Origin: Gemmatimonas sp.
GTDB taxonomy: Bacteria; Gemmatimonadota; Gemmatimonadetes; Gemmatimonadales; Gemmatimonadaceae
Assembly (NCBI GenBank): GCA_965279375.1
Contig: OZ257156.1
Location: 2,432,001-2,496,000 of the forward strand
Length of the DNA stretch: 64,000 bases
Direction of reading: 5' to 3'
Positions 19,703-29,877 of the stretch are shown one piece after another. Below the pieces are notes generated by a model. That model did not search any database and had not been told where the DNA came from. It saw nothing but the letters and a program-made list of their open reading frames with translations. Each line of letters begins with the position of its first letter. Within the stretch, counting starts at the first letter, position 1. The position numbers and the translations under genes are program-made.

Positions 19703-19792
19703 CGCCTCGAAAGAGCTACGGGCGAATCACCGCACTCGCAAGCGGCCGGTTCGTCACGCGCATTGTCCTAACGCATTCCTAACCACGACCCG

Positions 19793-22168
19793 CTACGCAG
19801 AGCTAATGACGCCGTTGCCCACGAGGTTCCAGACACCGTCGCTCATGCTCGCCTCGATGACCTGCTGCGTTGCCAACCGCAGACTACCCGTGGTGAGCGA
19901 GGCGGATGGACCGGCGAGCATGATCTGGGTGGGTTCGCAGTCCGCCGCCGTGCTTCGAAGCAGCGCAAAGTCGCCATTGAGGGTCGCGCCCGCGACGCGC
20001 AGCTCCTCGCCGGATCCAATCAGGAGCAATTCACTCGCCTTATCGTCGGTAACGCGAAAGGCATAGCCTCCCTCGGCGTCCACCCGCTCGACGGCGAGTG
20101 AGGCATCGCGTACCGGCACCAGCAGCGTGACAAGATCGTGTCGCCCGCCGCCGCTGCTTTCCAGCTCAAGCACCGGTGCGCGCACGCGCGCGCCGTACGC
20201 GGGCGACACCCATCCCTCCTGCGTCAGCGCGCGGCGGACGCTCCCGCCCGCAAAGACATCCACCCGAACAGCGCGCACGCCGGCCGAACTCGCGGTCGCG
20301 ACCTCGATGGTGCGCTGCAGCGGGGCCGCTTCGGACAGCACCGCGCCGGGCGCACAATGCCAGTGCGCCACCACGTCGTGCGCCGTCGTGCCGACTATCG
20401 AGTCGACGACCACCACATAGCGTCCACGCACGAAGTAGACGGCACGCCGATGTGTCGCCGACGCGTCGAGGCGATGGAATCCGTCGTGTGTCGCAACGAC
20501 GCTATCGGCGATCGCGCCCTGCCACCACGACTGCACGGTGCCGTCGGTGCGCGTCTGCCAGGAGAACGGTCCGGCCGACACGGAAGACGCCTGTCCGTCG
20601 ACCGTCACCGTGTTGTGCATCGCCGAGTGCCGAAATGCTGTTCGATCGGCGGCAGATGTCGTGTACACGAACGTGCCGGGATCGACGCACACATCCGCGC
20701 CGTCGACCCAGAGTTCCATCGACAGTGTGTCCGCATGGGCGTGACCGCAGTTGAGCATGCCCAGTGGACCGCAGTCGAGAACAGCGTGCATGCCGTCGTC
20801 CGTCCAACCGTCACGCAGCACTGCCACACCGCCGATCGGAAAGAGCTGCGAGGTGTGCGCAGGAACGGGGCTCGTCACACACGCATCGGCCTGCGCGAGC
20901 GCATTCGCGCCGAGCATCCACACCACTTCTTCGGTGACCGTCCGTGCGCTCGCGCCCACCGTCGGGAGATCGAGCATCACCGCCGCACACACCAGCGAGG
21001 CACGCACGTCGGTCCGCGTACGATCCTCAAGCAGAACCAGCTGCCCGCCGTCGTCATCGCCGATCGCCGGAATCGTACCGTCGGCACGCGTTACGTCCGC
21101 TAGGCAGCGTGCGAGCGCCTGAACACGCGTGCGAACGCCGTCGCCCACGGGGAAGCCGTTGCAATGCGCAAGACGAATCGCATGCAGGTAGATGTCGAGC
21201 GTGTACCGGTGGTAGTACGTGGTCTGCTCGAAGTAGACGCCGTCCGCATGGATCTGTCGCGTGGCCTCCGACTCGAGAATACGCCACCCGCGCTCCCGCC
21301 ATTGCTCGGCACAGCGCAGCTCTGGCAGGCAGGTGCCCAAATAGAGCAACCCCAGCGCCTCGCCCGTCAGGTGCGTGTTCGGGCTGAAGTAGGTGGACAG
21401 ATAGCGTTCGAGGTGGCGGCCGTGCGCGTACGCAAACTTGAGAAGCCGGGTCAGCAGCGCCGGCGTCAACGCCGCAGCGCCACGAAAGAACTCGAGCGCC
21501 CACATCCACGCGATCGATCGGTACGCGATTTCGAGGCTGCTGGCCCAATTCATACCGGTCTTGGGCGGATTCGCGTCCATCCACGCGCCAAGATGCTGAG
21601 CAAAGGTCTCCGCGTATTCGTCGCGCCCGGTGAGCCGATAGGAGCGTCCGAGCGTGAAGAAGTGCTGATGCCGGTTCAGCTCCCAGATGACCTTGTGGTC
21701 ACCGGCGATCTCCGCGTCGAGATACGGGATGCGACTCCAATGCGCGATCGGTGCCCGTTTGCCCGCGACCGGATCGAGGTGCCAGTCGATGGGGGTCCCG
21801 AAATTCAGCTCCTCATAGCCGAGCAAGTGAAAGCGCCCGGCACGGACGCGATCGGCTTCACGGACGACCGCCGCACGGCTCTCCGCCCAACGGTCGCCGG
21901 AGAGCTCCGCCGCAGATGACCCGTCTCGAATTCCGGAGAGAAACGACGGCGCGGCGCGCTGTGCAAAGTGTGCCGCAACTCGATCCGCGACCGGCCCGGT
22001 ACCACCGATCAGCGATGCATCACATCGTTGCCACAGCGCTTCGTCGGAAAGCTCGCCGATCGTCTCGCCGAATCCCCAGGACTCGAGTCGAGAGACTGCC
22101 GCCTGCGCTGCACGCTCGCGCAGTTCGTCGACCGAGCGTCCGCGCAGCTTGCGGAGCACGCCAATCAT
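19793..22168 (-). CDS. Heparinase II/III-family (alginate lyase-like) protein
   Basis: WELNRHQH, NW.SSLE, NTHL, DGVYFEQ..YH.Y, GHAHADTLS, DPGTFVY and FRHSAMHNTVTVDG motifs. Confidence 0.88.
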   Translation of the reverse strand: MIGVLRKLRGRSVDELRERAAQAAVSRLESWGFGETIGELSDEALWQRCDASLIGGTGPVADRVAAHFAQRAAPSFLSGIRDGSSAAELSGDRWAESRAAVVREADRVRAGRFHLLGYEELNFGTPIDWHLDPVAGKRAPIAHWSRIPYLDAEIAGDHKVIWELNRHQHFFTLGRSYRLTGRDEYAETFAQHLGAWMDANPPKTGMNWASSLEIAYRSIAWMWALEFFRGAAALTPALLTRLLKFAYAHGRHLERYLSTYFSPNTHLTGEALGLLYLGTCLPELRCAEQWRERGWRILESEATRQIHADGVYFEQTTYYHRYTLDIYLHAIRLAHCNGFPVGDGVRTRVQALARCLADVTRADGTIPAIGDDDGGQLVLLEDRTRTDVRASLVCAAVMLDLPTVGASARTVTEEVVWMLGANALAQADACVTSPVPAHTSQLFPIGGVAVLRDGWTDDGMHAVLDCGPLGMLNCGHAHADTLSMELWVDGADVCVDPGTFVYTTSAADRTAFRHSAMHNTVTVDGQASSVSAGPFSWQTRTDGTVQSWWQGAIADSVVATHDGFHRLDASATHRRAVYFVRGRYVVVVDSIVGTTAHDVVAHWHCAPGAVLSEAAPLQRTIEVATASSAGVRAVRVDVFAGGSVRRALTQEGWVSPAYGARVRAPVLELESSGGGRHDLVTLLVPVRDASLAVERVDAEGGYAFRVTDDKASELLLIGSGEELRVAGATLNGDFALLRSTAADCEPTQIMLAGPSASLTTGSLRLATQQVIEASMSDGVWNLVGNGVISSA

Positions 22169-24087
22169 GCCGTGGGGGCAGGGGAAGCTGGCGTCGTGCC
22201 AGTCGAGCGTCCCGGACGGGCTTCCATGACCTCGAGCGCCAGCTCGGCCCGACCGAAAGGAGCGGACACCTGTACGCCCTGTACCACGCTGCCGACGAGT
22301 TCGAGCATCTCGCGCGCAATCGCGATGCCTTCGGCGAGCGCGTGCTCCTTGCTGCGTTCGTTCGCGCGGCGCATGCGATCGAGAATGGCGGTTGGTACCG
22401 TGACGCCCGGCACTTCGTTGGCCAGAAATTCAGCGTTTCGCGCGGACACGAGCGGCCAGATTCCCGCAACGATCGGAATCCGCACATCGTGAATGCTCTC
22501 GAGAAAATGCTCGAGTTGACGCGGGTCGAAGACAGGCTGCGTGATCGCATACTCCGCGCCCGCCTCGACCTTCCAGTGGAAGCGCCGCAGTTCATGCGCG
22601 GGATCGATCGCCGCGGGATTCACTCCCACGCCAAGCACGAATCGCGTTGGCTCCCCGAACGGATTCCCACCCGGATCGAGTCCACGATTGAGCTTCGCGG
22701 CGAGATTCGTCAGTCCGATCGCATCGATGTCGAACACGGCCGTCGCGTCCGGGTACGGCCCCATCTTCGGTGGGTCGCCGGTGATGAGCAACAGGTTGCG
22801 CAGGCCAAGCGCCGACGCGCCGAGCAGGTCGCTGAGCATCCCCAGCAGATTGCGGTCGCGGCAGCAGTAGTGCGTTACCGCTTCGATGCCGTGACGTTCG
22901 ATGATGAGGCTCGTGGCGATCGCTCCCATGCGACTCTGGGCGCGCGGACCATCGGGCACATTGATCGCATCGATACCGGCGCGATGGAGCGTCGCTGCGT
23001 CCTGCTCGAGCTTGGTGGTGTCGACACCGCGCGGGGGCACAATCTCGACGGACGTGACGAACGTCCCGGCGGCCAGCTTGGCGCCGAAGCGCGAACGCTG
23101 TGCGAGCGGTACAGGCTCACGCCCCGTTGCCGCGGCAGAGCCTTCACTGGAGAGCGTTTCGCCGACGATGACACGCGTTCGCGGTGCCAGCGGGCGCACG
23201 CCTTCCACGATCGCCTTGATGTGCTCAGGCGTTGTGCCACAGCACCCGCCAACGATCTTGGCGCCAGCTTGAATCAGATGGCGGGAGTACGTGGCCATGT
23301 ACTCGGGGCTGGCCATGTACATGGAGCGGCCACCGACGTCCCGTGGCATGCCGGCATTGGGTTGCGCCGAGAGCTTTCTGGTGGTGACCGCTGCCATGCG
23401 CTCGATGGCGTCGAGGATCGTCTGCGGGCCGACCGAGCAGTTGAGTCCGATGATGTCCGCTCCCCAACGATCGAGCGCGCGCGCGATCTCCTCGGGCCCG
23501 GCGCCGAATACGGAATGCAGGTCGGGGCCGATCGTCGCTTGGGCGATCACCGGCATGGCGGGATCGACGCTGCGCGCTGCGCGAATGGCCTGTTCGATCT
23601 CTTCCAGGTCGGCGAAGGTCTCGAGCACGAAACAGTCTGCGCCTCCGGCCTTGAGCGCCGTCATCTGCTCGGCGAAGATCTCGCGCGCTTCCTCTCGCGA
23701 CAGCGCACCGTACGGTTCGAGCCGCACGCCGAGTGGACCGATCGCGCCGGCTACGAGTCGCGCATCGCCGGCGGCTTCGCGCGCCAATTCGGCCGCGCGC
23801 CGGTTGATGTCGGCCACCTGACGCTCGAGTCCATACTGCGTGAGCTTGAGACGATTGGCGCCGAAGGTATTCGTCTCGATGACCTCCGCGCCCGCCTTCA
23901 CGTACGCGGCGTGCACGTCGCGTACGAGATCGGGTGAGCGCAGTGAAAGCTCGTCATAGCACTGGTTGATGAACACGCCACGGGCGTACAGCATCGTGCC
24001 CATGGCGCCGTCGAAGACGACGACCTGTTCTGGATCCAGTAGACGCGCGAGCAGGTCAGCGCGGGGGGCGTTCGCGAGGGTGGTCAT
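22165..24087 (-). CDS. yitJ: Bifunctional homocysteine S-methyltransferase / methylenetetrahydrofolate reductase
   Basis: [26 protein letters not shown] (HMT domain) fused to VEIVPPRG, HYCCRDRN, ITGDPPK, AITQPVFD (MTHFR domain). Start ATG 24087. Confidence 0.92.
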   Translation of the reverse strand: MTTLANAPRADLLARLLDPEQVVVFDGAMGTMLYARGVFINQCYDELSLRSPDLVRDVHAAYVKAGAEVIETNTFGANRLKLTQYGLERQVADINRRAAELAREAAGDARLVAGAIGPLGVRLEPYGALSREEAREIFAEQMTALKAGGADCFVLETFADLEEIEQAIRAARSVDPAMPVIAQATIGPDLHSVFGAGPEEIARALDRWGADIIGLNCSVGPQTILDAIERMAAVTTRKLSAQPNAGMPRDVGGRSMYMASPEYMATYSRHLIQAGAKIVGGCCGTTPEHIKAIVEGVRPLAPRTRVIVGETLSSEGSAAATGREPVPLAQRSRFGAKLAAGTFVTSVEIVPPRGVDTTKLEQDAATLHRAGIDAINVPDGPRAQSRMGAIATSLIIERHGIEAVTHYCCRDRNLLGMLSDLLGASALGLRNLLLITGDPPKMGPYPDATAVFDIDAIGLTNLAAKLNRGLDPGGNPFGEPTRFVLGVGVNPAAIDPAHELRRFHWKVEAGAEYAITQPVFDPRQLEHFLESIHDVRIPIVAGIWPLVSARNAEFLANEVPGVTVPTAILDRMRRANERSKEHALAEGIAIAREMLELVGSVVQGVQVSAPFGRAELALEVMEARPGRSTGTTPASPAPTA

Positions 24088-24180
24088 AGTGGAGTGCAAG
24101 ATAAGTCATCCCGGCCGTGGGAGGCGCGTCTCCCCAATCGGACCGCCATTGGGGAGTGTCGGCGAGGGCGGGACTGTCGG

Positions 24181-24227
24181 ATGCAAGACGACCCACGTGC
24201 GAGCTTCGCACGTGGGTCGTCTTGCAT
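24181..24227. repeat. Perfect 22-bp inverted repeat (3-nt loop)
   Basis: ATGCAAGACGACCCACGTGCGA-GCT-TCGCACGTGGGTCGTCTTGCAT. Confidence 0.95.
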
Positions 24228-24275
24228 GACTCGTCGGTCTGGCTGGCCATGGAGCGGCCGACCAGCGACCACCGG

Positions 24276-26444
24276 TTAGGGCGTCTGGACGACTTGCGCG
24301 GTCTTCGAGTTGAGCTGCGTGTAGTCGACGCCAACCGAGGTGCCCGCGGTGCTCACGCTCTTGAACGGGCTTGAGGAGGTGAGCTGCAGGTTGGCCGGCC
24401 AGGAGAGGAACCCGACGGCCGAAAAGGCAGACGGCTGGTAGTTGCCAAGCGGGAAGCGCGAGCCCGTCGTCATCGGGTTCACGTTCCGCGAGTACACCCA
24501 AGAGGTGTACGACGCGTTGAGGCCGACCGTACCATAGCCGACACCATCCGCGAGCACCGTCTGATCGTAGGATCCGAAGCTGGCCTGCGACACACCGAAC
24601 ACGTTGTTCTCGACGCGAAGGTTGTTGGCCTTGGGCAGCAGCATGTACAGGCCGTGCGTCGTGGCGAAGCCGGTGTTGTACTCGAACGTCAGGTCGCTGA
24701 CGTTGGTAACCAGCCAGAGCCGGCCAGTGCTCGGGTCGCCGATGTTCTCGAACAGGTTGTTGGAGATCAGCAAGTGGGACATCGGCACGGCAGGATTCAC
24801 TTCCGGCTTGCCGGCCGCGGCCAAGGCGTGCTGCGTGTTCCGCACGATGTTGTAGCGGAACGTCAGGTCGCGCGTCTCGCTGAACGGTGCGCCGCCACCC
24901 TGATTCACGGACTTGAGCACGATCGCGGTGCCGTTCTGTCCGTCGACCCAGTTGTTCTCGAAGATGTTGCCTTCCACCAGAATGCGGTGGCCCATCTTGA
25001 GTTCGAAGCTGTTCTTCACGGACCACACGTTCTTCCAGGACAGCGGCTTGAAGAAGTGGTTGCCGCGAATTTCGATGTCCGATGGAATCATCGCGACGCT
25101 GGAGGGATCGGCGCCGCCGAACATGACGTTCTCGCCCGCCCCTTCGAGATAGTTGTTCTCGATCTTGTACGGGCCGGTGCCGTTCCAGCCGACGATCGCC
25201 TGGCTGTCGAAGCCCTTGCCGTGGCATTCGCTCAGCCACGAGTCCACTACAACAGTCGATCCCGAGTTCATCAGCACGCAGCGCTGGAAGTTCAGCTGAG
25301 CGGTGCCATGGATGTACATGCGGTCGAGAACGATGCTGTCGGGCTGCGTGGTCGGCGTGCCGCCGGCACCAATCTGGATAAGCGAGTACGTGGTGGTCAG
25401 GCTCGACGGGGAACTGACTTCGAAGCCAAGAAGGCGATAGTTGTGGGCGCCGGCATCTGCCGTGAACACCGGGGTGCCGCTCGAGCCGCCCAATACTTTG
25501 GGAAGCGCCGTGGACGTGCTTGGACGCGCCCGGGTTCCGGCGGGAACCGTGTTGTTGGCGGAGCGGATGGTGATCCACCCTGCGCCCGTCGTCTTCTTGC
25601 GGAGGTAGAACGCGCCCGTATAGGTCGTGTTGGCCTGAAGCACGATCTCATCACCGAAGCGCGCCGTGTCGATGGCGGCCTGAAGGGCGCCCGACGTGGA
25701 GACATTGATCGTGCGCGAGGCGGTGGCGCTGCGAGCGCGCGCCAGCATCCCATCAAGGTAGACGCGCGGCAGCTCGACGATCGACGGTGCCGGACTCGGC
25801 GGCGGCGGCGGTGGCGGAGCCGTTGTGCCGACCGCAAGCACGGTGACACTCGCCGTGGCAGTCGCACCGGCTGCGTTTTGCAGCGTCACGCTGGCCGTGC
25901 CCGGCTTGATACCCGTCACGACGCCGCCCGTGGATACGGTCGCGACCTGCGTGTTCGAGCTCGACCAGGTACCGGCTGCGTTGGCTGTCAACGTCGCTGT
26001 CTTGCCCGAGTCCACCGAAACAGTGCTCGGCGACACGCTGAGCGCTGGAGTGGTAGTAGTGGTACCGGACGTGACCGACAGAACCACCGAATCGATTCCG
26101 GCCACACTCCGCGCGACAATCGTTACAGGTCCGACGAGCTTGCCGATCACCTTCCCCGTGCTTGCGCCCACCGTAGCGCGAGCGGGGCTCCGCGACTCCC
26201 AGGTAGGCACCGACAGTCGACCGACACGCGTGCTCGTCGCGACGAGCACCAGAGAGTCGTTGACCTTGAGCGTCGACACGGCCGGCTTCGTGATGCGTAC
26301 GTAGCTCGTCGACGTGTTCGCTGCCATCGCCGGTGACATCAGGTCCAGCGCCGTGGCAGGCGCGACCGGTGTTTCACAGGCGGCAAACGAGATACACAAC
26401 AGAGGCCACATCATCATCAGCTGCTTGGTACGGGAAATGCGCAC
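24276..26444 (-). CDS. Secreted lipoprotein: two Ig-like (Big_2) domains, Pro linker, right-handed beta-helix domain
   Basis: AGGAG RBS before GTG 26444 gives MRISRTKQLMMMWPLLCISFAA-C (lipobox). WSSSNTQVATVSTGGVVTG (Big_2), PPPPPPPSPAP linker, LQAAID.A..GD.I.L and IENN/IRGN/VEGN/ISNN beta-helix repeats. Confidence 0.8.
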   Translation of the reverse strand: MRISRTKQLMMMWPLLCISFAACETPVAPATALDLMSPAMAANTSTSYVRITKPAVSTLKVNDSLVLVATSTRVGRLSVPTWESRSPARATVGASTGKVIGKLVGPVTIVARSVAGIDSVVLSVTSGTTTTTPALSVSPSTVSVDSGKTATLTANAAGTWSSSNTQVATVSTGGVVTGIKPGTASVTLQNAAGATATASVTVLAVGTTAPPPPPPPSPAPSIVELPRVYLDGMLARARSATASRTINVSTSGALQAAIDTARFGDEIVLQANTTYTGAFYLRKKTTGAGWITIRSANNTVPAGTRARPSTSTALPKVLGGSSGTPVFTADAGAHNYRLLGFEVSSPSSLTTTYSLIQIGAGGTPTTQPDSIVLDRMYIHGTAQLNFQRCVLMNSGSTVVVDSWLSECHGKGFDSQAIVGWNGTGPYKIENNYLEGAGENVMFGGADPSSVAMIPSDIEIRGNHFFKPLSWKNVWSVKNSFELKMGHRILVEGNIFENNWVDGQNGTAIVLKSVNQGGGAPFSETRDLTFRYNIVRNTQHALAAAGKPEVNPAVPMSHLLISNNLFENIGDPSTGRLWLVTNVSDLTFEYNTGFATTHGLYMLLPKANNLRVENNVFGVSQASFGSYDQTVLADGVGYGTVGLNASYTSWVYSRNVNPMTTGSRFPLGNYQPSAFSAVGFLSWPANLQLTSSSPFKSVSTAGTSVGVDYTQLNSKTAQVVQTP

Positions 26445-26613
26445 GATACGTCTCCTGAGGGAACGAAGTCGCCCGACTCGCTGTCCGCAATGGCGCCGCA
26501 CGACAGCGTGCGACAAACGGTTGCGCGTGCAGCGGGGAAAGACGGGTGACAACCACTTGCGATCAATTGACGAGGCCTCAAGAACGTAGCAACAATAACT
26601 TCGGGCTCAGCTG

Positions 26614-26640
26614 CAACGCACGTCACACTGTGACGCGTTG
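26614..26640. promoter_or_regulatory. Imperfect palindrome CAACG-CA-CGTCACA-C-TGTGACG-CGTTG
   Basis: Dyad in the intergenic region upstream of the beta-helix lipoprotein gene. Confidence 0.4.
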
Positions 26641-26662
26641 TACCAATTCGCGCTTGACGAAG

Positions 26663-27277
26663 TCAGCGCATCCGCAGCAGCGATTCGCTCCACGAACGAC
26701 TGATGCCGCCGTAGTACCGTCGATGATGCGCCTGGACGCATTCAAACCCAGCTCGCGCTATCCCTCGCGCCGATGCGTCATTGCTCGCGAGGCACCACAT
26801 CCATGCATGCTCTGCACCCTCGCTTGCGTGGAGCAATACTAGCTCCGCAATCATATAGGTGTACAGTCCGACACCCCGGTACTCCGGCAGCACGTAGAAT
26901 GACGTGAGCACCGACGAACGTTCTGGCAGACTCAGGTATGTGCCGGTCTCCGAGATCGTCCAACCATCAGACGGACTCGTGGACATGCCCCAACCGACAA
27001 TCGCCGCCGACGGGCTGCGGACCACGTGCAGCCGCTGCGCCGCGTCGTACGTGGAAATGAGCTCAGCCGGAAACGCGTCGTTGGATACGGGGTCGCGCAC
27101 GGTACCGCCGTGTCCCACGTCACTATCACGGCGTGAGAAGGGCACGTCCGCCTGAAAGACGTAGCCTGCGGGCGCGACGGGAGGAGACTCATCCCGGCGA
27201 GCTGATCTGTGAAACACCAGCACATGATCGTGTCCGGCGACGTGATGCAGCGCGCGACGCAGGACGTAGGGGAGCAT
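26663..27277 (-). CDS. GNAT-family N-acetyltransferase
   Basis: FYVLPEYRGVGLY (acetyl-CoA motif A) and N.AS.RGI.RAGF (motif B). Start ATG 27277 overlaps the upstream TGA. Confidence 0.78.
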   Translation of the reverse strand: MLPYVLRRALHHVAGHDHVLVFHRSARRDESPPVAPAGYVFQADVPFSRRDSDVGHGGTVRDPVSNDAFPAELISTYDAAQRLHVVRSPSAAIVGWGMSTSPSDGWTISETGTYLSLPERSSVLTSFYVLPEYRGVGLYTYMIAELVLLHASEGAEHAWMWCLASNDASARGIARAGFECVQAHHRRYYGGISRSWSESLLRMR

Positions 27278-28536
27278 CAGTCCGCCGCGAGTGCCGTACT
27301 GCTGATACGACGCGTCAGAATCCGAGCGAGCGCGGCAACGTTCGTCGGCAGATTGAAACGCGCCGTGACAGCCGCGCGACCTTCCGCACCCAGCTTGGCC
27401 GCGAGCGCGGGCTGCTCGTAGAGCTCGATCAGTGCCGCAGCCGTCGCCCGCGGGTCGGCCGCCGCGGTCAGCAATCCGTTCACTCGGTGCTCGATGAGTT
27501 CGGGGATGCCGTTTACCCACGTCGACACGCACGGCAGCCCCATCGCCATCGCTTCCATGAGCACGACAGGGATACCCTCAGCGAAGCTGGTCAGGGCAAA
27601 TGCGTCCGCGCGTTCCAGCAATGCCTTAACCTCCGATTCGTTGCGCCATCCCTCGAAATGCACCTGCCCCTCGAGTCGCAATGATCGTGCGAGCGCTTCG
27701 AGCTGTGCGCGATCCGGACCGTCGCCCACCAATCGCAGCTGCACGGGGATGCCGGCATCACGCACGTAACCGATTGCCTCGATCAGGATGCGCAGTCCCT
27801 TCACCGGCGCGAGACGCGCGACGCACGCGACCTCAAACGGTTGAGCATCGGACCGAACTGATCGATCGCGCGTCGACGCCGAGAATCGTGTGACATCCAC
27901 GCCGAGGTGACTCACCTCGACGCGATCCCACAACACCGGTTCGACGGCGCGACACACCTGTGACGCACCGTAGTGGGAAATCACCACCGTAAACGCTGCC
28001 TCAGCGACCTTCTCGGCGAGCCGTGTGCCGACGACATCGTCGAACTCCGCAGGACCGTGCACCGTGATCGACCACGGCAGTCCGGAAAGTCGCGACGTGA
28101 GTCTGGCCACGGTCGACGTGAAGTGCGCATGAAAGTGAGTGACGCCCGCCGCTCGAAACGCATCGGCTGCACATCCGGCCTGCGCCAGTCGGACGAAGCC
28201 CTTCCATCTGGGCTCTCCGCGCGAGATGCCAACGAACGGGGACGCAACCACCGCGCGGACATAGCGCAGCGGAGACCGCACAGCACATCGCAGGTTGGCG
28301 GCAACCACCTGACCGAGGCGACCGAGCGATGCGTACACAGTGACCGACCGTTCCGCGCGTTCCGTCTCCGACAACTGATCGGGCGGACGATCGCACTCCA
28401 TCATCGACACCGCTGTGATCTGCATCCCCAGGCGTCGCAGCTCGGTCACTTCGCGCAGAATGAACGTGTGATGGATCGAGGGAAACTGTGACACGAGGTA
28501 GCCGAGGCCGCTCCTCTGCGTGGCAGGAGTACTCAT
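27277..28536 (-). CDS. GT4 glycosyltransferase (WcaL-like)
   Basis: YLVSQFP...TFILRE, HFHAHF, VARLAPVKG, EGIPVVLMEAMA motifs. Confidence 0.9.
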   Translation of the reverse strand: MSTPATQRSGLGYLVSQFPSIHHTFILREVTELRRLGMQITAVSMMECDRPPDQLSETERAERSVTVYASLGRLGQVVAANLRCAVRSPLRYVRAVVASPFVGISRGEPRWKGFVRLAQAGCAADAFRAAGVTHFHAHFTSTVARLTSRLSGLPWSITVHGPAEFDDVVGTRLAEKVAEAAFTVVISHYGASQVCRAVEPVLWDRVEVSHLGVDVTRFSASTRDRSVRSDAQPFEVACVARLAPVKGLRILIEAIGYVRDAGIPVQLRLVGDGPDRAQLEALARSLRLEGQVHFEGWRNESEVKALLERADAFALTSFAEGIPVVLMEAMAMGLPCVSTWVNGIPELIEHRVNGLLTAAADPRATAAALIELYEQPALAAKLGAEGRAAVTARFNLPTNVAALARILTRRISSTALAAD

Positions 28537-29744
28537 GCGTCCCCCGCGAGCGAGAGCTGCCCTGTACGCGCGGGCAGCGTCTCCATTGGCAGCCGTCCGT
28601 ACACCTTCAGCAGCGTGTTCATCACCGACTCCTCGCTGAAACGACTGCGAGCGAACGAGTGCCCCGCCTCACCCATGCGACGCGCTCGCGGCAGATCGGA
28701 GAGCAACGTGGTCATCGATGACGCGAGCCTCGCCGCATCGCCCGTCGGAACGACGAATCCTGTCTCGCCGTCGGCGACCGCATCGCGCACACCGCCCACG
28801 TCGGTCGAGACCACTGGGACACCAACGGCCATCGCTTCGACGATCGTGTTGGGGAATCCTTCGCGTTGCGAAGTCAGCAGCGCCGCGTCTGCTGCCGCAT
28901 GGTAGCGCCACCCGGACGACTGCTCGCCCGCGAGCACCACCGCGTGCGCTACATCGGATGCATCGATCGCCGCCCGCACCTGGTCCAGGGCAGGACCGCC
29001 TCCGACCAGTACCAGACGGGCCGTCGGCACCTGCTGGAGCACACGGGCGAATGCCGCGATGGCGAGCGGGTGGTCCTTTTCAGGAGAAAGTCGCGCGACC
29101 ATGGACACGAGCGGCGCGTCAGAGCTGATGCCGTGGGCGGCGCGGATCTCCGATCGCAGCTGTGCGCGGTCGGCGGACCACAGTACGTCGTCAACGAAGT
29201 TCGGTACGATCACCAGCTTGTCCGCTCGCACGTGTTCCTCGCCAATGACCGACGCGGCGACGGTGGCGCTGTTGGCGAGGACACGATGCGCGAAGCGATA
29301 CCCGAGTCGACTGCTCTGCGTGAGCGACACGGGATACTGTGCCAGCCCCCAGCGACGGCTGGCAATGATCAGGCGAGTGCCGGCCAGGCGGGCGCCGATC
29401 GTCAGCAGGGAATTCGTATACACGTCGTGGCAGTGCACGACGTCGGCGCCGACGCTGCGGCACAACGCGGCGAATCGCAGGATGGCTCTGATGGAGGTCC
29501 AGTGCGCGATGCCGCGTATGGGGAATTCGTGGATCGTGATTCCCGCCGAGCGCAGGCGCGAAGCCAGCGGTCCGCCGCGGAAGACAGCCATGTGGACGGT
29601 GACACCACGGGCCGCGAGCGCAATGGCCGTTCGCACGGCATTGGTTTCCGTGCCGCCAATATCCAATCCATCAACCGCGTGCACGACACAAAGCCCGCCG
29701 TGCGGTAGTCCGGAGTATCGGTTGGCGGTGCTGTCAGTACGCAC
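28533..29744 (-). CDS. GT4 glycosyltransferase
   Basis: GGTE, VARLSPEKD, EGFPNTIVEAMA.G.PVV.TDVGG motifs. Confidence 0.9.
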   Translation of the reverse strand: MRTDSTANRYSGLPHGGLCVVHAVDGLDIGGTETNAVRTAIALAARGVTVHMAVFRGGPLASRLRSAGITIHEFPIRGIAHWTSIRAILRFAALCRSVGADVVHCHDVYTNSLLTIGARLAGTRLIIASRRWGLAQYPVSLTQSSRLGYRFAHRVLANSATVAASVIGEEHVRADKLVIVPNFVDDVLWSADRAQLRSEIRAAHGISSDAPLVSMVARLSPEKDHPLAIAAFARVLQQVPTARLVLVGGGPALDQVRAAIDASDVAHAVVLAGEQSSGWRYHAAADAALLTSQREGFPNTIVEAMAVGVPVVSTDVGGVRDAVADGETGFVVPTGDAARLASSMTTLLSDLPRARRMGEAGHSFARSRFSEESVMNTLLKVYGRLPMETLPARTGQLSLAGDA

Positions 29745-29877
29745 GGGATTCAGATGGAGGAAGCGGCCACGATCCGTACCGCGTCGGCTGTCCGACCGGC
29801 CTGCAGTGGCGCGGAGGGGCGAGCGAAACGACTCGTGCGATGTGCACCGACTCCCCTCCGATTAACTTGACTGGCAT

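Noticed and set aside
11167..22168. Alginate operon (AlgD-like + lyase)
   Set aside because: No Alg8/Alg44/AlgK/AlgE. Wzx, Wzc, Wza-like and a priming transferase indicate a Wzy-dependent polymer.
24106..25578. 490-aa same-strand alternative-frame ORF within the beta-helix gene (also 14679-16001)
   Set aside because: Arg/Pro-rich frame-shifted shadow. The main frames are intact, so no frameshift is needed.
25798..25820. (GGC)n run as a tandem repeat or contingency locus
   Set aside because: Encodes the in-frame poly-Pro linker.
26445..26552. ORF-track N-terminal extensions (also 27278-27532, 41346-41414, 51958-52029, 54196-54297, 63110-63199)
   Set aside because: Downstream starts fit better with RBS, stop/start overlaps or family N-termini.
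29745..29877. Cobalamin or SAM riboswitch upstream of metH
   Set aside because: Only 133 bp, shared with a divergent gene, and no consensus elements recognised.
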